Source: Octopus bimaculoides
Taxonomy: Eukaryota
DNA: 38,219 nt
Assembly: GCF_001194135.2 (NCBI RefSeq)
Contig: NC_069004.1
Span: forward strand, 5,638,567-5,676,785
Direction of reading: 5' to 3'
Shown: piece after piece, positions 1 through 10,160 of the stretch
Layout: the number at the start of each line of letters is the position of its first letter
Position numbering within the stretch: the first letter of the stretch is position 1
Notes under the pieces: model-generated
Database searches by the model: none
What the model was told of the DNA's origin: nothing
Seen by the model: the letters and a program-made list of their open reading frames with translations, nothing else
Program-made: the position numbers and the translations under genes

Positions 1-46
<46 letters not shown>

Positions 47-97
47 CATATATATATATACATATATATACATATATACATATATATATATACATAT

Positions 98-129
<32 letters not shown>

Positions 130-348
130 TTATATATATTTATACATATATACATATATGCATACACATACATATATATCTAATCCACAAGTCATAATTA
201 AATGCCTTCTAAAGAAAACTGTAAGGAAACCTTCTAGATTGCATTTTATATTCTGTATGCCTTCTCTCTCTCTTTCCCCCTCTCTTTGATGTTTCTGTAT
301 TTCACACTGATTGATTTATGATGGGCAGCATAATTGTGTATGTAAGAT

Positions 349-383
<35 letters not shown>

Positions 384-821
384 CTATGTATGTGTGCATG
401 TACATACATGTACTTTTTATCTATGTATATATGTCTACATAACTATGTGTCTATATTTGTATGTGTATGTATGTATATATATATATGTATATACATGTGT
501 CATGCACGTGTGTGTTTGCATATCTAAGTATGTATGTATAAATATGCATACACACACATATGCACACATGTATATATATATATATATATATACATGCACA
601 AACACATATACCCATCAATACATAAATGGGCCATGGTCTTTCACTTATGTGTTTCATTAAAAACACGACTGTGTTTCAGTTCCATCTTTTTTTTTTTTTA
701 ATATATTTTATATTTTTCATATCTGCAGAAAAACAAAAAAAAACCCCCCAAAGCCCCAAAACAAGAAAGAAAGAAACTGATAAGAAAATATATCTAAAAA
801 AAAATGCTTGTGTGCATATGC

Positions 822-822
822 G

Positions 823-863
<41 letters not shown>

Positions 864-1389
864 AACAATGCAGGTCATGGAGCTTACTATCTGCGCTCAT
901 GAAGCCTCATGCAGCTAGTTGCACTTTTACCTATTACAGCTGCAATATGATTGCGGTTTTGTCTTATCGTTATCATCTTGGTCGTCATCGTCATGGATGC
1001 CACCATTTTCATCATCATCATCGTCATCATCATCATCGTCATCATCATAGTCGTCATCATCAACATCATCATCATCCTCATCATCATCGTCATCATCGTC
1101 GTCATCATCATCAACATCATCATCATCGTCATCACGTCATCATCATCATCATCGTCGTCGCCATACACCACCACCACCACCATCATTAGTAATAGCGTTA
1201 TTGACATTATCATTATCATCATCATCATCATCGTTAGGATCGCTTTTCTCCTGCACCTTCTCCCCATCATGATCATCGTCACTGCCACCACCACCACCAC
1301 CATCATCATCATCGTCATTGTTGCCACCGTTGCCACCACCACCACTACTGTTGCTATCACTCACCACCGCCGTCTTCATCATTACCGCT

Positions 1390-1420
<31 letters not shown>

Positions 1421-1456
1421 CCGCCACAACCCTGGCTACGGCCACCACTAACCACT

Positions 1457-1488
<32 letters not shown>

Positions 1489-1600
1489 TACTACGACCCT
1501 GAGCATGGCCACCACTTACCACCACCACCATTGTCATCACCGGCACTGCTACAGCCACCACCATCATCATTGTCATCATCATCATCATCAGCATCATCAT
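822..1600. repeat. Trinucleotide microsatellite field (GAT/CAT/CAC/CGT)n
   Basis: Directly visible; source of the poly-His/Ile/Met ORFs. Confidence 0.95.
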
Positions 1601-2179
1601 TTTATATCTGATATCATTGTTATTGCTTTTATTTTTGTAGTTGTTGTTATTATTGGTTTTGTTACTGCTGCACCTCCCCCACCTCTTTCCTCCTTTCCCA
1701 GCTCCCCCCGCTCCCCCACCCCTCCTCCATCACCTTAACCTCTTTGTGTTTATTTATCGATTAATCAGTTCACCGCATTGCTGGATGCTTTGATATAATC
1801 AATTCCTCTGATAACAACAACAACGACAACATTAACAAAAAAAAGCAATACATTAAAAAAACATTATATAAAAACAAACAACAACCCAAAGAAACAAGAA
1901 CATCCCTCCCCCCACTGCCAACCTCCCTCATATCTCATATCCAAACGAAGAATTACTATTTGTGCCAACCCAACACATTTGCAATGGCAGCTGTAATCTT
2001 CCGATGTATGCTTCTTGTAGTGTTTGACTGGAACGCAACAGTGCTAGATTCCATTTACCGAAATGTTAGAAATACTTTAAATAAAAGAAGTCACATGGTA
2101 CATATTATCTCCGATATTCTATGACTAGAGATAAGTTGCTATGGGTACTTATTGAATCTCTTGGATCAGTTTACCATTT

Positions 2180-2345
2180 TTGTTACTGTATTTCTGTTAA
2201 AATACATTGTCTTTGTTTAAATTAATTTCGATAACGATGAAGAATTTAGTAAAATAACCTTGCTATTATTAACCCTTTAGTTACCATATTTCTGTTGGAA
2301 TACACTACCTCTGTTCCGATTGATTTTGAAAATAATGAGGAATTC
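2180..2345. mobile_element. Fragments of a TTAACCCTTT-terminated DNA-transposon family
   Basis: ttaaccctttagttaccatatttctgttg at 2269 and an internally repeated atttctgtt...aatac...aatga module; similar to 34035-34235. Confidence 0.4.
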
Positions 2346-2387
2346 AAAGGAGGAACTTTGTCATAATACAGTTCTATATTTTAGAGA

Positions 2388-2640
2388 TGAGGAATTATGT
2401 ACATTATTTACATTTGACAGATATTTGTCCTCATCTTGTTTGTTGTTAACACAACGTTTCGGCTGATATACCCTCCAGTCTTCATCAGGTGTCTTGAGGA
2501 AATTTCGAACCGCGGTTCTCATTCCTAAGGTATTTTTCGATATTATTATTATTATTTTTATTATTATTATTATTCAGGTCACAACCTGGAATCGAACTCA
2601 GAATCTTGGCGTTAGTAGCCTGCACTCTTAACCTCTACGC
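2388..2640 (-). mobile_element. tRNA-headed SINE-like element with (AAT)n linker and 3' hammerhead module
   Basis: Minus strand: gcgtagaggttaag (A-box-like) ... gagttcgattcc (B-box) at ~2575-2640, then (AAT)n at 2542-2574, then the hammerhead at 2493-2448 and a unique tail to ~2388. Confidence 0.75.
2448..2493 (-). ncRNA. Minimal type-I hammerhead ribozyme motif (Penelope-type)
   Basis: Minus strand reads gacac CTGATGA a gactg gagggtatat cagcc GAAA CG TT gtgtt. Stem I gacac/gtgtt; stem II gactg/cagcc with one mismatch; loopless palindromic stem III ACGT; predicted cut between 2453 and 2452. Confidence 0.8.
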
Positions 2641-2743
2641 CCACAGGCATATGGCATAGTAGTTATGCCCNNNNNNNNNNTACAAGGCTAGAGTAGAATT
2701 GGTTTAGTTGATTCACCCTCTTCTGAAACCTCAGGTTTTCTTA

Positions 2744-2918
2744 ACATTTTAGCATTTAAACCATTTTATGTTCAGACCAACCAACCAGATCTGGCTTCTC
2801 ACAGATACTCTACAGTGTCATAGCAAAGAAAATAAACAATCCCATCAGCAAAATGTCAATAAGGCAAGATTCATTCAAAACATGTGGCTGAAGAATCTAA
2901 ATGCTAAAGGGCTGAACA
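2744..2918. mobile_element. piggyBac-like MITE, decayed
   Basis: ttaacattttagcatttaaa ... tctaaatgctaaagggctgaa imperfect TIRs; body cagatctggcttctcaca shared with 34300. Confidence 0.5.
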
Positions 2919-2929
2919 ATACAAAAGGA

Positions 2930-2931
<2 letters not shown>

Positions 2932-2980
<49 letters not shown>
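2932..2980. repeat. (ACT)n microsatellite just upstream of the exon acceptor
   Basis: Directly visible. Confidence 0.95.
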
Positions 2981-3026
2981 GTTGTTATAATTGTTTTTAT
3001 TTTGTTTTTTGTCTATTTCATTGCAG

Positions 3027-3263
3027 CACATGGTGCAAAACCAGATGACCCCAACGTATCAGTATGCACAGACTGGGCTGGAAGAGTACCACCATCAAGT
3101 GGTAAGCCAGGCGCCGACAGTGTCTGCTGCCGGTGCCGCTGTTGCAGACCCCGCTGCCCAGTTTAAAGCAGAGCAAGCCACAGTGTATGCGACAGCAGCA
3201 ACAGTAGTGCCGCCTCCATCCAACGGGGGTGTCGGAGTTGTCCCTGGCGTGGAGCAGCAGACG
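3027..3263 (+). CDS. Rbfox1: Internal coding exon (79 aa, phase 0-0), putative RNA-binding protein fox-1 homolog (Rbfox/A2bp1) N-terminal region
   Basis: Polypyrimidine tract plus acceptor ttttgtctatttcattgcag| ends at 3026; donor ACG|GTAAGA follows 3263. The 237 nt are open: HMVQNQMTPTYQYAQTGLEEYHHQV...DPAAQFKAEQ...VEQQT. GC-rich, non-repetitive island. Exon status is well supported. Identity rests on my recollection of invertebrate Rbfox N-termini (YYP-HMVQ..., AAQFK) and is tentative (~0.5) because the RRM is not in the window. Confidence 0.7.
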
Positions 3264-4314
3264 GTAAGAAGTCGACCCATACATGTACGTCAGTATCTGC
3301 TCTTCTTTTGTAGCATGTTTCTTGCTGAAATACTCAAATACTCTCTCTCTCCGCTGCTGAGAGAGTTTGGCTGGTTGCAGTGGTTTGCTGTTTCGGTTTT
3401 CAGTACTTCTTTAAAGTTTTTTTCTTAATCATATTCTTCAATTGCTTATATTCTCAAAAACAATAACACACAAAAAAAAAAACATGAGCCAAAAGGAAAA
3501 AAAAAAAAAATTTTGATCAACTGAACTTAATCAAGTTGTCTCCCTTGCTTGGTGTTTATTTTCTTTCCTTTTATTTTGATTTTCTTGATTTTGAACACAT
3601 CTACGGGGAGTTTTTTGTGTACTAATGGCTTGAATAATCAATCATTGGTGAGTAAATCTAATAAGATCTAAAAAAATGTCCTTGTGTCCACTAATTGGTG
3701 TTTAAAATCAGGTCCTCCATGGCCCACAGCCCACATTAATCTATAGCAGTGCTTCTCAAAATAAGCAGTATGCAGTACTGCTCTCTGCGCAAATGGTTGG
3801 CAGGGGAATTTGTCTTTTATNNNNNNNNNNNNNNNNNNNNNNNNNNNNNNNNNNNNNNNNNNNNNNNNNNNNNNNNNNNNNNNNNNNNNNNNNNNNNNNN
3901 NNNNNNNNNNNNNNNNNNNNNNNNNNNNNNNNNNNNNNNNNNNNNNNNNNNNNNNNNNNNNNNNNNNNNNNNNNNNNNNNNNNNNNNNNNNNNNNNNNNN
4001 NNNNNNNNNNNNNNNNNNNNNNNNNNNNNNNNNNNNNNNNNNNNNNNNNNNNNNNNNNNNNNNNNNNNNNNNNNNNNNNNNNNNNNNNNNNNNNNNNNNN
4101 NNNNNNNNNNNNNNNNNNNNNNNNNNNNNNNNNNNNNNNNNNNNNNNNNNNNNNNNNNNNNNNNNNNNNNNNNNNNNNNNNNNNNNNNNNNNNNNNNNNN
4201 NNNNNNNNNNNNNNNNNNNNNNNNNNNNNNNNNNNNNNNNNNNNNNNNNNNNNNNNNNNNNNNNNNNNNNNNNNNNNNNNNNNNNNNNNNNNNNNNNNNN
4301 NNNNNNNNNNNNNN

Positions 4315-4360
<46 letters not shown>

Positions 4361-4489
4361 TATGAGTGTGTGTCTGTTTGTGTGTCTCTTGTCTTGCCAT
4401 CATGTGATGGTTGTAAAAATTGAGCATTATCATTATAGAAGTGATGTTCGTTTTCCTTCATCTATGAGAAGCATGTCTGAAAAACAGGC

Positions 4490-4600
4490 AAACGTTGGTG
4501 ACAGAAAGGGCATCCAGTCGTAGAAAATCTGACTCAACAAATTCTGTCTGGCTCATATGCAAGCATAGAAACGTGGATGTTAGAATGACTATGATGATTA
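4490..4600 (+). mobile_element. SINE family C-related 3' end
   Basis: ggtgacagaaagggcatccagtcgtagaaaatctg...gcaagcatagaaacgtggatgtt, then (ATG)-like tail. Confidence 0.65.
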
Positions 4601-4982
4601 TGGTCAACTGCTTATGAGCTACAATCACAACAACATATATATATATAATATATATGTTTGTAAAAGAAAAAAGAAAGGGGTGATAAATTTTGAGAAGCAC
4701 TGGGCTATATGTGATCAATCAAAATTTTTTGATCATTTGATCTTATTGGAGTTAACTCCCTTGTTTGTAATTTTTTTAAACGTGCGCTAGTGGAGACTTT
4801 TTTTTTGTCTACTAATAAATTAATTGCTTTGAAAAATCTCAGTTGATCGAAGTTATTATTAAACTCACTGTATAATTAATGAGAGTCTCTTAATTCTTGT
4901 ATATATTTTGTGCAATTCTCCCGCCCTCAAGCTATTTTCATTCTGCCATATTGCTTATATATATAGGTATATTCATATCAAA

Positions 4983-4984
<2 letters not shown>

Positions 4985-5022
<38 letters not shown>

Positions 5023-5309
5023 TTATACTATATAATATACATTTTATATATTATTATATATTACTTCTATAATATGTAATATATATTATATATCTATTAA
5101 TTATATAATGTAATAAGATGTATCTGTATATATATATATATTAACTATATAATATATATATGTATAATAATTAATATATGATATATAATAACATAATATA
5201 ATCTAATCTAATATATATATTTGTATATATATATATATATATTTGTATATATATATATATTTGTATATATATATATATATATATTTGTATATATATATAT
5301 ATATATTTG

Positions 5310-5335
<26 letters not shown>
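4985..5335. repeat. (TA)n-rich low-complexity block
   Basis: Directly visible, includes repeated tttgtatata units. Confidence 0.95.
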
Positions 5336-5340
<5 letters not shown>

Positions 5341-5774
5341 ACGTTCCTTTAAATAACCTTCCTTTTTATTTAGCCAGCAAGGTTGAATTTGTGGGGAAAT
5401 TTTGCTGTTATTTCTAGCATGTTTGTCACTCTGAAATAACTAAATATTTGTCATTTGAGAACTTTTTTCTGGTTGTGGTGGTTTGTTTACTCTTTTTGTC
5501 TCCCTCCTCCTATTTGTTTTTTGTTTTTTTCTTTACTTGTTCTTCTTCTTTTTCCATTTAATGTCAATGCTTGTCCCACTGTCTTTCCTTCTATTTACGC
5601 TTTCAGCATTTCAATGATCCGTTTTTTATGGAATGGACCCATGGAGTTTGTCTGGTTTTGACGGTTGTCACCGTCATCGTCGTCGTCGTCGTCGTTGTTG
5701 TTGCTTCTAGTGTTGTGACTGTCGTTTAGCCCCAGGTCAGCTTCTCATTGATCCAGAAAAGACCTATTTTGTTT

Positions 5775-5950
5775 TATCTCTTTTATTATCTGTTTCAGTC
5801 ATTGAATTACAGCCATGCTGGAGCACTGCCTTCAAGGGTTTTAGCCAAGCAATTCAACCCCAAGACTTCTTTATTTCAAACCTAGTACTTATTCTATTGG
5901 TCTAATTTGCTGAACCGCTAATTTATGGGTGACATAAACATACCAACACC
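5775..5950 (-). mobile_element. SINE family B, 3' half
   Basis: tgtttcagtcatt...gccatgctggagcac...ctagtacttattctattggtc. Confidence 0.75.
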
Positions 5951-5964
5951 NNNNNNNNNNNNNN

Positions 5965-5996
<32 letters not shown>

Positions 5997-6014
5997 CACA
6001 CACACACACAGACA

Positions 6015-6043
<29 letters not shown>

Positions 6044-6047
<4 letters not shown>

Positions 6048-6157
6048 AGGCAAAGAACAAACTGGGGAAGATAATTAATAAACATCATCCTGCAAACATT
6101 AATTGGTGTTTGCAGGATGATGTTCGTTAATTATCTTTCCCATTTCTTTGCTTTATA
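6044..6157. mobile_element. Palindromic (hairpin) MITE-like element
   Basis: Perfect 18-bp core aacatcatcctgcaaaca(6081-98)/tgtttgcaggatgatgtt(6107-24) with 8-nt loop; imperfect pairing extends to tataaggcaaaga/tctttgctttata. Confidence 0.65.
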
Positions 6158-6553
6158 AATTCTGGGTAAATTTTTGCTTTACCCCCACTCATACGAAGTA
6201 TTTAATTTTTTTTTTTTTTTGTCAAACCACTAAAATGTGTGTGATTTCAGTGAGATTGGGCTTTTATTTCTAGCAGATTGTTCGTCCACTTAGAAGCACT
6301 CCCGTTGCTTCGTGGCGAAAATAATCTGAAGCTAAGACATACAAGAGTTGCTCCCCTTGAAAGCGCTTTTATTGGTAATTTTTTGTTTATAAACTTCATA
6401 ATGTGTAAAGGTGTTTGTATTGAATTATATACGCACATAAGTGCATATGTATATGTACGTTCATCCAATACCAATATATATATACGTATGTGTGTATACG
6501 TATATATATATATATATATATATATATGCATTTATGTGTGTTCTCATATATAT

Positions 6554-6608
6554 GAGACTGAACCCGGAACCATGTGGTTGGTAAGCAAACTACTTACTAC
6601 ACAGCCAC
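6554..6608 (-). mobile_element. SINE family B, head fragment
   Basis: actgaacccggaaccatgtggttggtaagcaaact...cacagccac. Confidence 0.7.
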
Positions 6609-6612
6609 ATGA

Positions 6613-6842
6613 TAATAATAATAATTATGCTTTCTATTAAAGGCACAAGGCCTGTAATTTGAGGGGAGGGTATTAGTCGATTACACTGTCCTCTGTGTGC
6701 AACTAGTACTTAATTTATCGGCCCCAAAAGGATGAAAGGCAAAGTCGACCTCGGCGGAATTTGAACTCAGAATGTAGCGACAGGCGAAATACCGCTAAAC
6801 ATTTCGCCCGGCGTGCTAACGACTCTGCCAGCATGCCACCTT
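6613..6842 (-). mobile_element. tRNA-derived SINE family A
   Basis: Reverse complement of the head ctggcagagtcgttagcac...gagttcaaattccgccgaggtcgactttgcctttcatcc; homologous to 22284, 33365 and 36286. Confidence 0.85.
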
Positions 6843-6855
6843 AATAATAATAATA

Positions 6856-7298
6856 GTCAAGACCTACCAAAAACTGAGCAAATATAAAGATCTTGAAACA
6901 GAAATGAGCAAAATGTGGAATCTGAAGACGAAAACAATACCTATTGTCATAGGTGCCCTGGGAATGACAGCGAAACGGGTTGATTACTACCTAGCTCAGA
7001 TACCAGGAAACCCCAAAATGGCTGAAGTTCAAAAGATAGTGCTCATGGGAACTGCCCATATCCGTTGTAAAATACTGTCTATGTGATCTCAAATTTTAAA
7101 ACAAGCGCATAATTTTCTTATGGTTTCTTAAACATTCTCTAGAACAACACTGTACAAATCCAAATATATGGTACCCTAGGCATAACACCTACATGAACTT
7201 CTAACGTGTTGTCTCTTGAGGTCTCTGGGTGAGACTTGGATCCAACTTGTATAAATGCAAAGCAAAAGTCAAACATAAAATAATAATAATAATAATAA
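6856..7298 (+). mobile_element. 5'-truncated R4/Dong-type non-LTR retrotransposon (C-terminal restriction-like endonuclease domain plus 3' UTR)
   Basis: Frame 6856-7086: KLSKYKDLETEMSKMWNLKTKTIPIVIGALG...VQKIVLMGTAHIRCKILSM*, matching the KxxKYxDL...IPIVIGALG...QKxxLxGTAHI pattern of RLE-type LINEs. 3' UTR ends in (TAA)n, and (TAA)n also lies 5'. Confidence 0.8.
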
Positions 7299-7489
7299 CA
7301 ACAACAACACTACATATATGGAGTGTATTATTTCTACATTCCCATTTTATATGTATAGCGATTCCTTGTCAAGCTATTTTAATTCTATAAAACAGTAAGA
7401 AATACTAACGTTACAACACTCTCCCAAACCCTGTTGTAAATTCTTCCTGACTTCATTTAGACATACATAGCATACATGCATATATATAC

Positions 7490-7523
<34 letters not shown>

Positions 7524-7875
7524 GTGTGTGTGTTTATATTCTTAGTTTTTTGACAGTATTAGTTTATTAATTCAAATACTATGTCACCTGACCCCCACCC
7601 TCCTCTGCCACGACCCCACTCACCTCCACAGAAAACACAGAAAATTCTTGCTGTAGTTCAACTCTGGTCATTTTGTTTTGTTATGTTCGGTTGTTGTTTA
7701 AATTTTGACGCTTATTTTTAACCTTTAACCTTTCAATGTCATTTTTAACAACTTTTGGTTGGGTGTTTTCTTTGTTTTTTTTTCTTTTTTTTTGTTTTTG
7801 CTTTGTTTTTGTTTTCTCATTCTAGAGTGAGGAAAGGTTTGTGTGCGTACTTGCATATTCATGCACATGTGTATG

Positions 7876-7928
<53 letters not shown>

Positions 7929-8394
7929 ATGTGTGTCTATGTGATTCTATATACATCTGTCTGCCTCTATGTATTCATATATATATATACATACATATAT
8001 ATATATGTGTGTGTGTGTTCATATATATATATTTCTCTGTGTTATTTAAGCATGTGTGTGTTTGTATAAGTGAATATACATATGTATTGTTCACACACAT
8101 ATATACACACACACCCGTATGTGCGTGTTTATCCAGACCAATAAAATCAATTTGGTTCCACATGTGTATCAAATCTTATTTTTAATTGTTTTTTTCTATT
8201 TATAATTAAAAGATTAATTAACCATTGATTGAGGCTGGGATTCCTTCTTATTTACTCACGTGTATTGTATGTATGTATGCACACACGCAGACACACAGAC
8301 ACTCATGCCCACACATGTGCATACACAATCCATCATATATGTACATATATATGTATACTGCTGTATATGTATATACGTAAGAGAAACCAGTAGA

Positions 8395-8830
8395 TACACT
8401 AGGTCAGGAGTAGCACTAGGTTCCATTGTCTGTCTTGGACAGTCTGACAGGCGCTGGCCGGCCAGAGAACTACCCAGGCTCCAGTTGTCTGTTTTGGCAT
8501 GGTTTCCTAACACCAACCATTCAACAGTGTGCAGCTTATGTGGCGTTGGCATGAGTGGTTCTCATGTGATGCCGGAACGAGTGCCTGCTCATGTAGTGCC
8601 AGCACAAGTGTGTTTTATGTGGCGTCAGTACAAGTGCCGCAGCTTAGATGGCCGCAGTACGGGTGCTTTCTATATGGCACCACCATGGGCTGTGAAGGCC
8701 TGTCTAATATACAGAGGAGTCCCAAGGAAACTGCCGGAGCCCCGTGGAGCTATTTAGGTGTTTTCGCTCAATAAACACACACAACACCCAGTCTGGGAAT
8801 CGAAACCACGATCCTCGCATATCTCAGCCA
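8395..8830 (-). mobile_element. SINE family C (LINE-like tail) with tRNA-like head
   Basis: B-box complement gggaatcgaaacc at ~8797; body ccaggctccagt...ttggcatggtttc...ccaacca...gtgc shared with 9720, 18428 and 34490. Confidence 0.65.
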
Positions 8831-9377
8831 TTTGCCATCTTGGTGTTTTAAAGTGAACAACAACGATTGGTATTAAATGGCCATGGATGATAATGGTGGT
8901 GGTTGTGGCTGTAAGCATGGAGTGACTCCATTGTATTAGGTTGTCCATTAATTAATATTGCTGTCTCTTGGCTCGTCTATTTATTTATTAGAGGTGACTG
9001 GCCTTCGTTTCATTTACTATATATCTTATTAGATACAGCCCACAGACCCACATAATCATTAAAAACACACACACACACACACACACACGTGTTTATTAAA
9101 CACATATATCGTTATGAATCATACATACCCATCTGCACACGCACATATTAATTAAAAACGCATACTCATTAACCACACACAAGTATATACACATGTTCAT
9201 TAATCACGGTCTCAATCAACATATATATTCATTAATGTGCATGCACACACACACATTCTTAAACATATACAAACATGTATACACACACACACTTGCATTT
9301 ATTAAATACATACTTAACGAACACATATTCACAAATACATACACATATATATATATCCATATATACATATACATACA

Positions 9378-9525
9378 CAGGGGTAAATGGCAGAGTTGTT
9401 ATGGTGACGGACAGACTGTGTTGCAATGTATGACCTGGATCTCTGTATTGTGAGTTCAAATCTTACTGACATCAACTTTGCTTTTCGTTCCTTCAGAGGT
9501 TGATAAATAAAGTACCAGCCGAGGG
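9378..9525 (+). mobile_element. Degenerate SINE family A copy
   Basis: gagttcaaatc B-box followed by decayed actttgcttttcgttccttc...gataaataaagtaccag. Confidence 0.55.
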
Positions 9526-9719
9526 CTGATGCTGCCCTCTTCGTATCCCTCTCTCTCTTTCCTCGCCCCCTCTCTCTTCCTCTACCTTCCCTTCCCTTCC
9601 CTCCCACTCTCTGTCTTTCTCTTCTTTATTCTCTTCTCTCTCATTCTCTATTTCTCAATGCAGTGTTAATTCTTACATCAATTATGCTAGTGCGTGTATG
9701 TGTGTATGTGTTATATATA

Positions 9720-9885
9720 ATCATCTTTATCATTTAACGTCCGTTTTCCATGTTGGCATGGGTTGGACAGTTTGACAGGTGTTCCAATGTCTGTTTTGCC
9801 AAGATTTCTACAGCTGGATGCTCTTCATAATGTCACCCATTTTACAGAGTGTACTGGGTGCTTTTTATGTGGCACCAGCCATATG
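9720..9885 (-). mobile_element. SINE family C, 3' part with (ATG)n tail
   Basis: catcatttaacgtccgttttccatg...ggttggacagtttgacag...acagctggatgc. Confidence 0.75.
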
Positions 9886-9939
9886 TGTGTATGTATATAC
9901 ATATATGTATGTATACACACACACACACACACACACATA

Positions 9940-10082
9940 CAGGGTGTTCAAAAAGTCTCTCCGCAGTGAAGTTTTTTAAAGTCTTGTAAAGTCTAATATA
10001 TTCTTTGGTAGTCTTATACCATCTTATAAATATTTATTTTGCTATAAAATACTTACTGCGGAGAGACATTCTGAACACCCTG
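9940..10082. mobile_element. Tc1/mariner-type MITE, 143 bp
   Basis: 28-bp TIRs cagggtgttcaaaaagtctctccgcagt (9940-67) and actgcggagagacattctgaacaccctg (10055-82), 2 mismatches. TA on the left, TG on the right. Confidence 0.8.
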
Positions 10083-10160
10083 TGAGAGACTTAGAGACTT
10101 AGAAATATTAATAACTCTATTTCTGAAAACCAGTGGATAGATTCCACTGAAATTAGATAA

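Noticed and set aside
104-1738. Poly-His/Ile/Met and YIYI/CVCV/HTHT ORFs here and throughout, e.g. 18825-19708
   Set aside because: Translations of di- and trinucleotide microsatellites that lack stop codons; no splice signals or domain content.
2575-2640. tRNA gene
   Set aside because: A/B boxes present but no complete acceptor stem or cloverleaf; it is a SINE head. The same applies to families A-C.
3748-3820. hAT/Charlie-like terminus cagtgcttctcaaa
   Set aside because: Only one end is visible before the gap; insufficient support.
6277-6375. Possible exon after ttttatttctagcag with donor G|GTAATT
   Set aside because: 98 nt, incompatible with the phase-0 upstream exon, weak donor, unrecognisable peptide.
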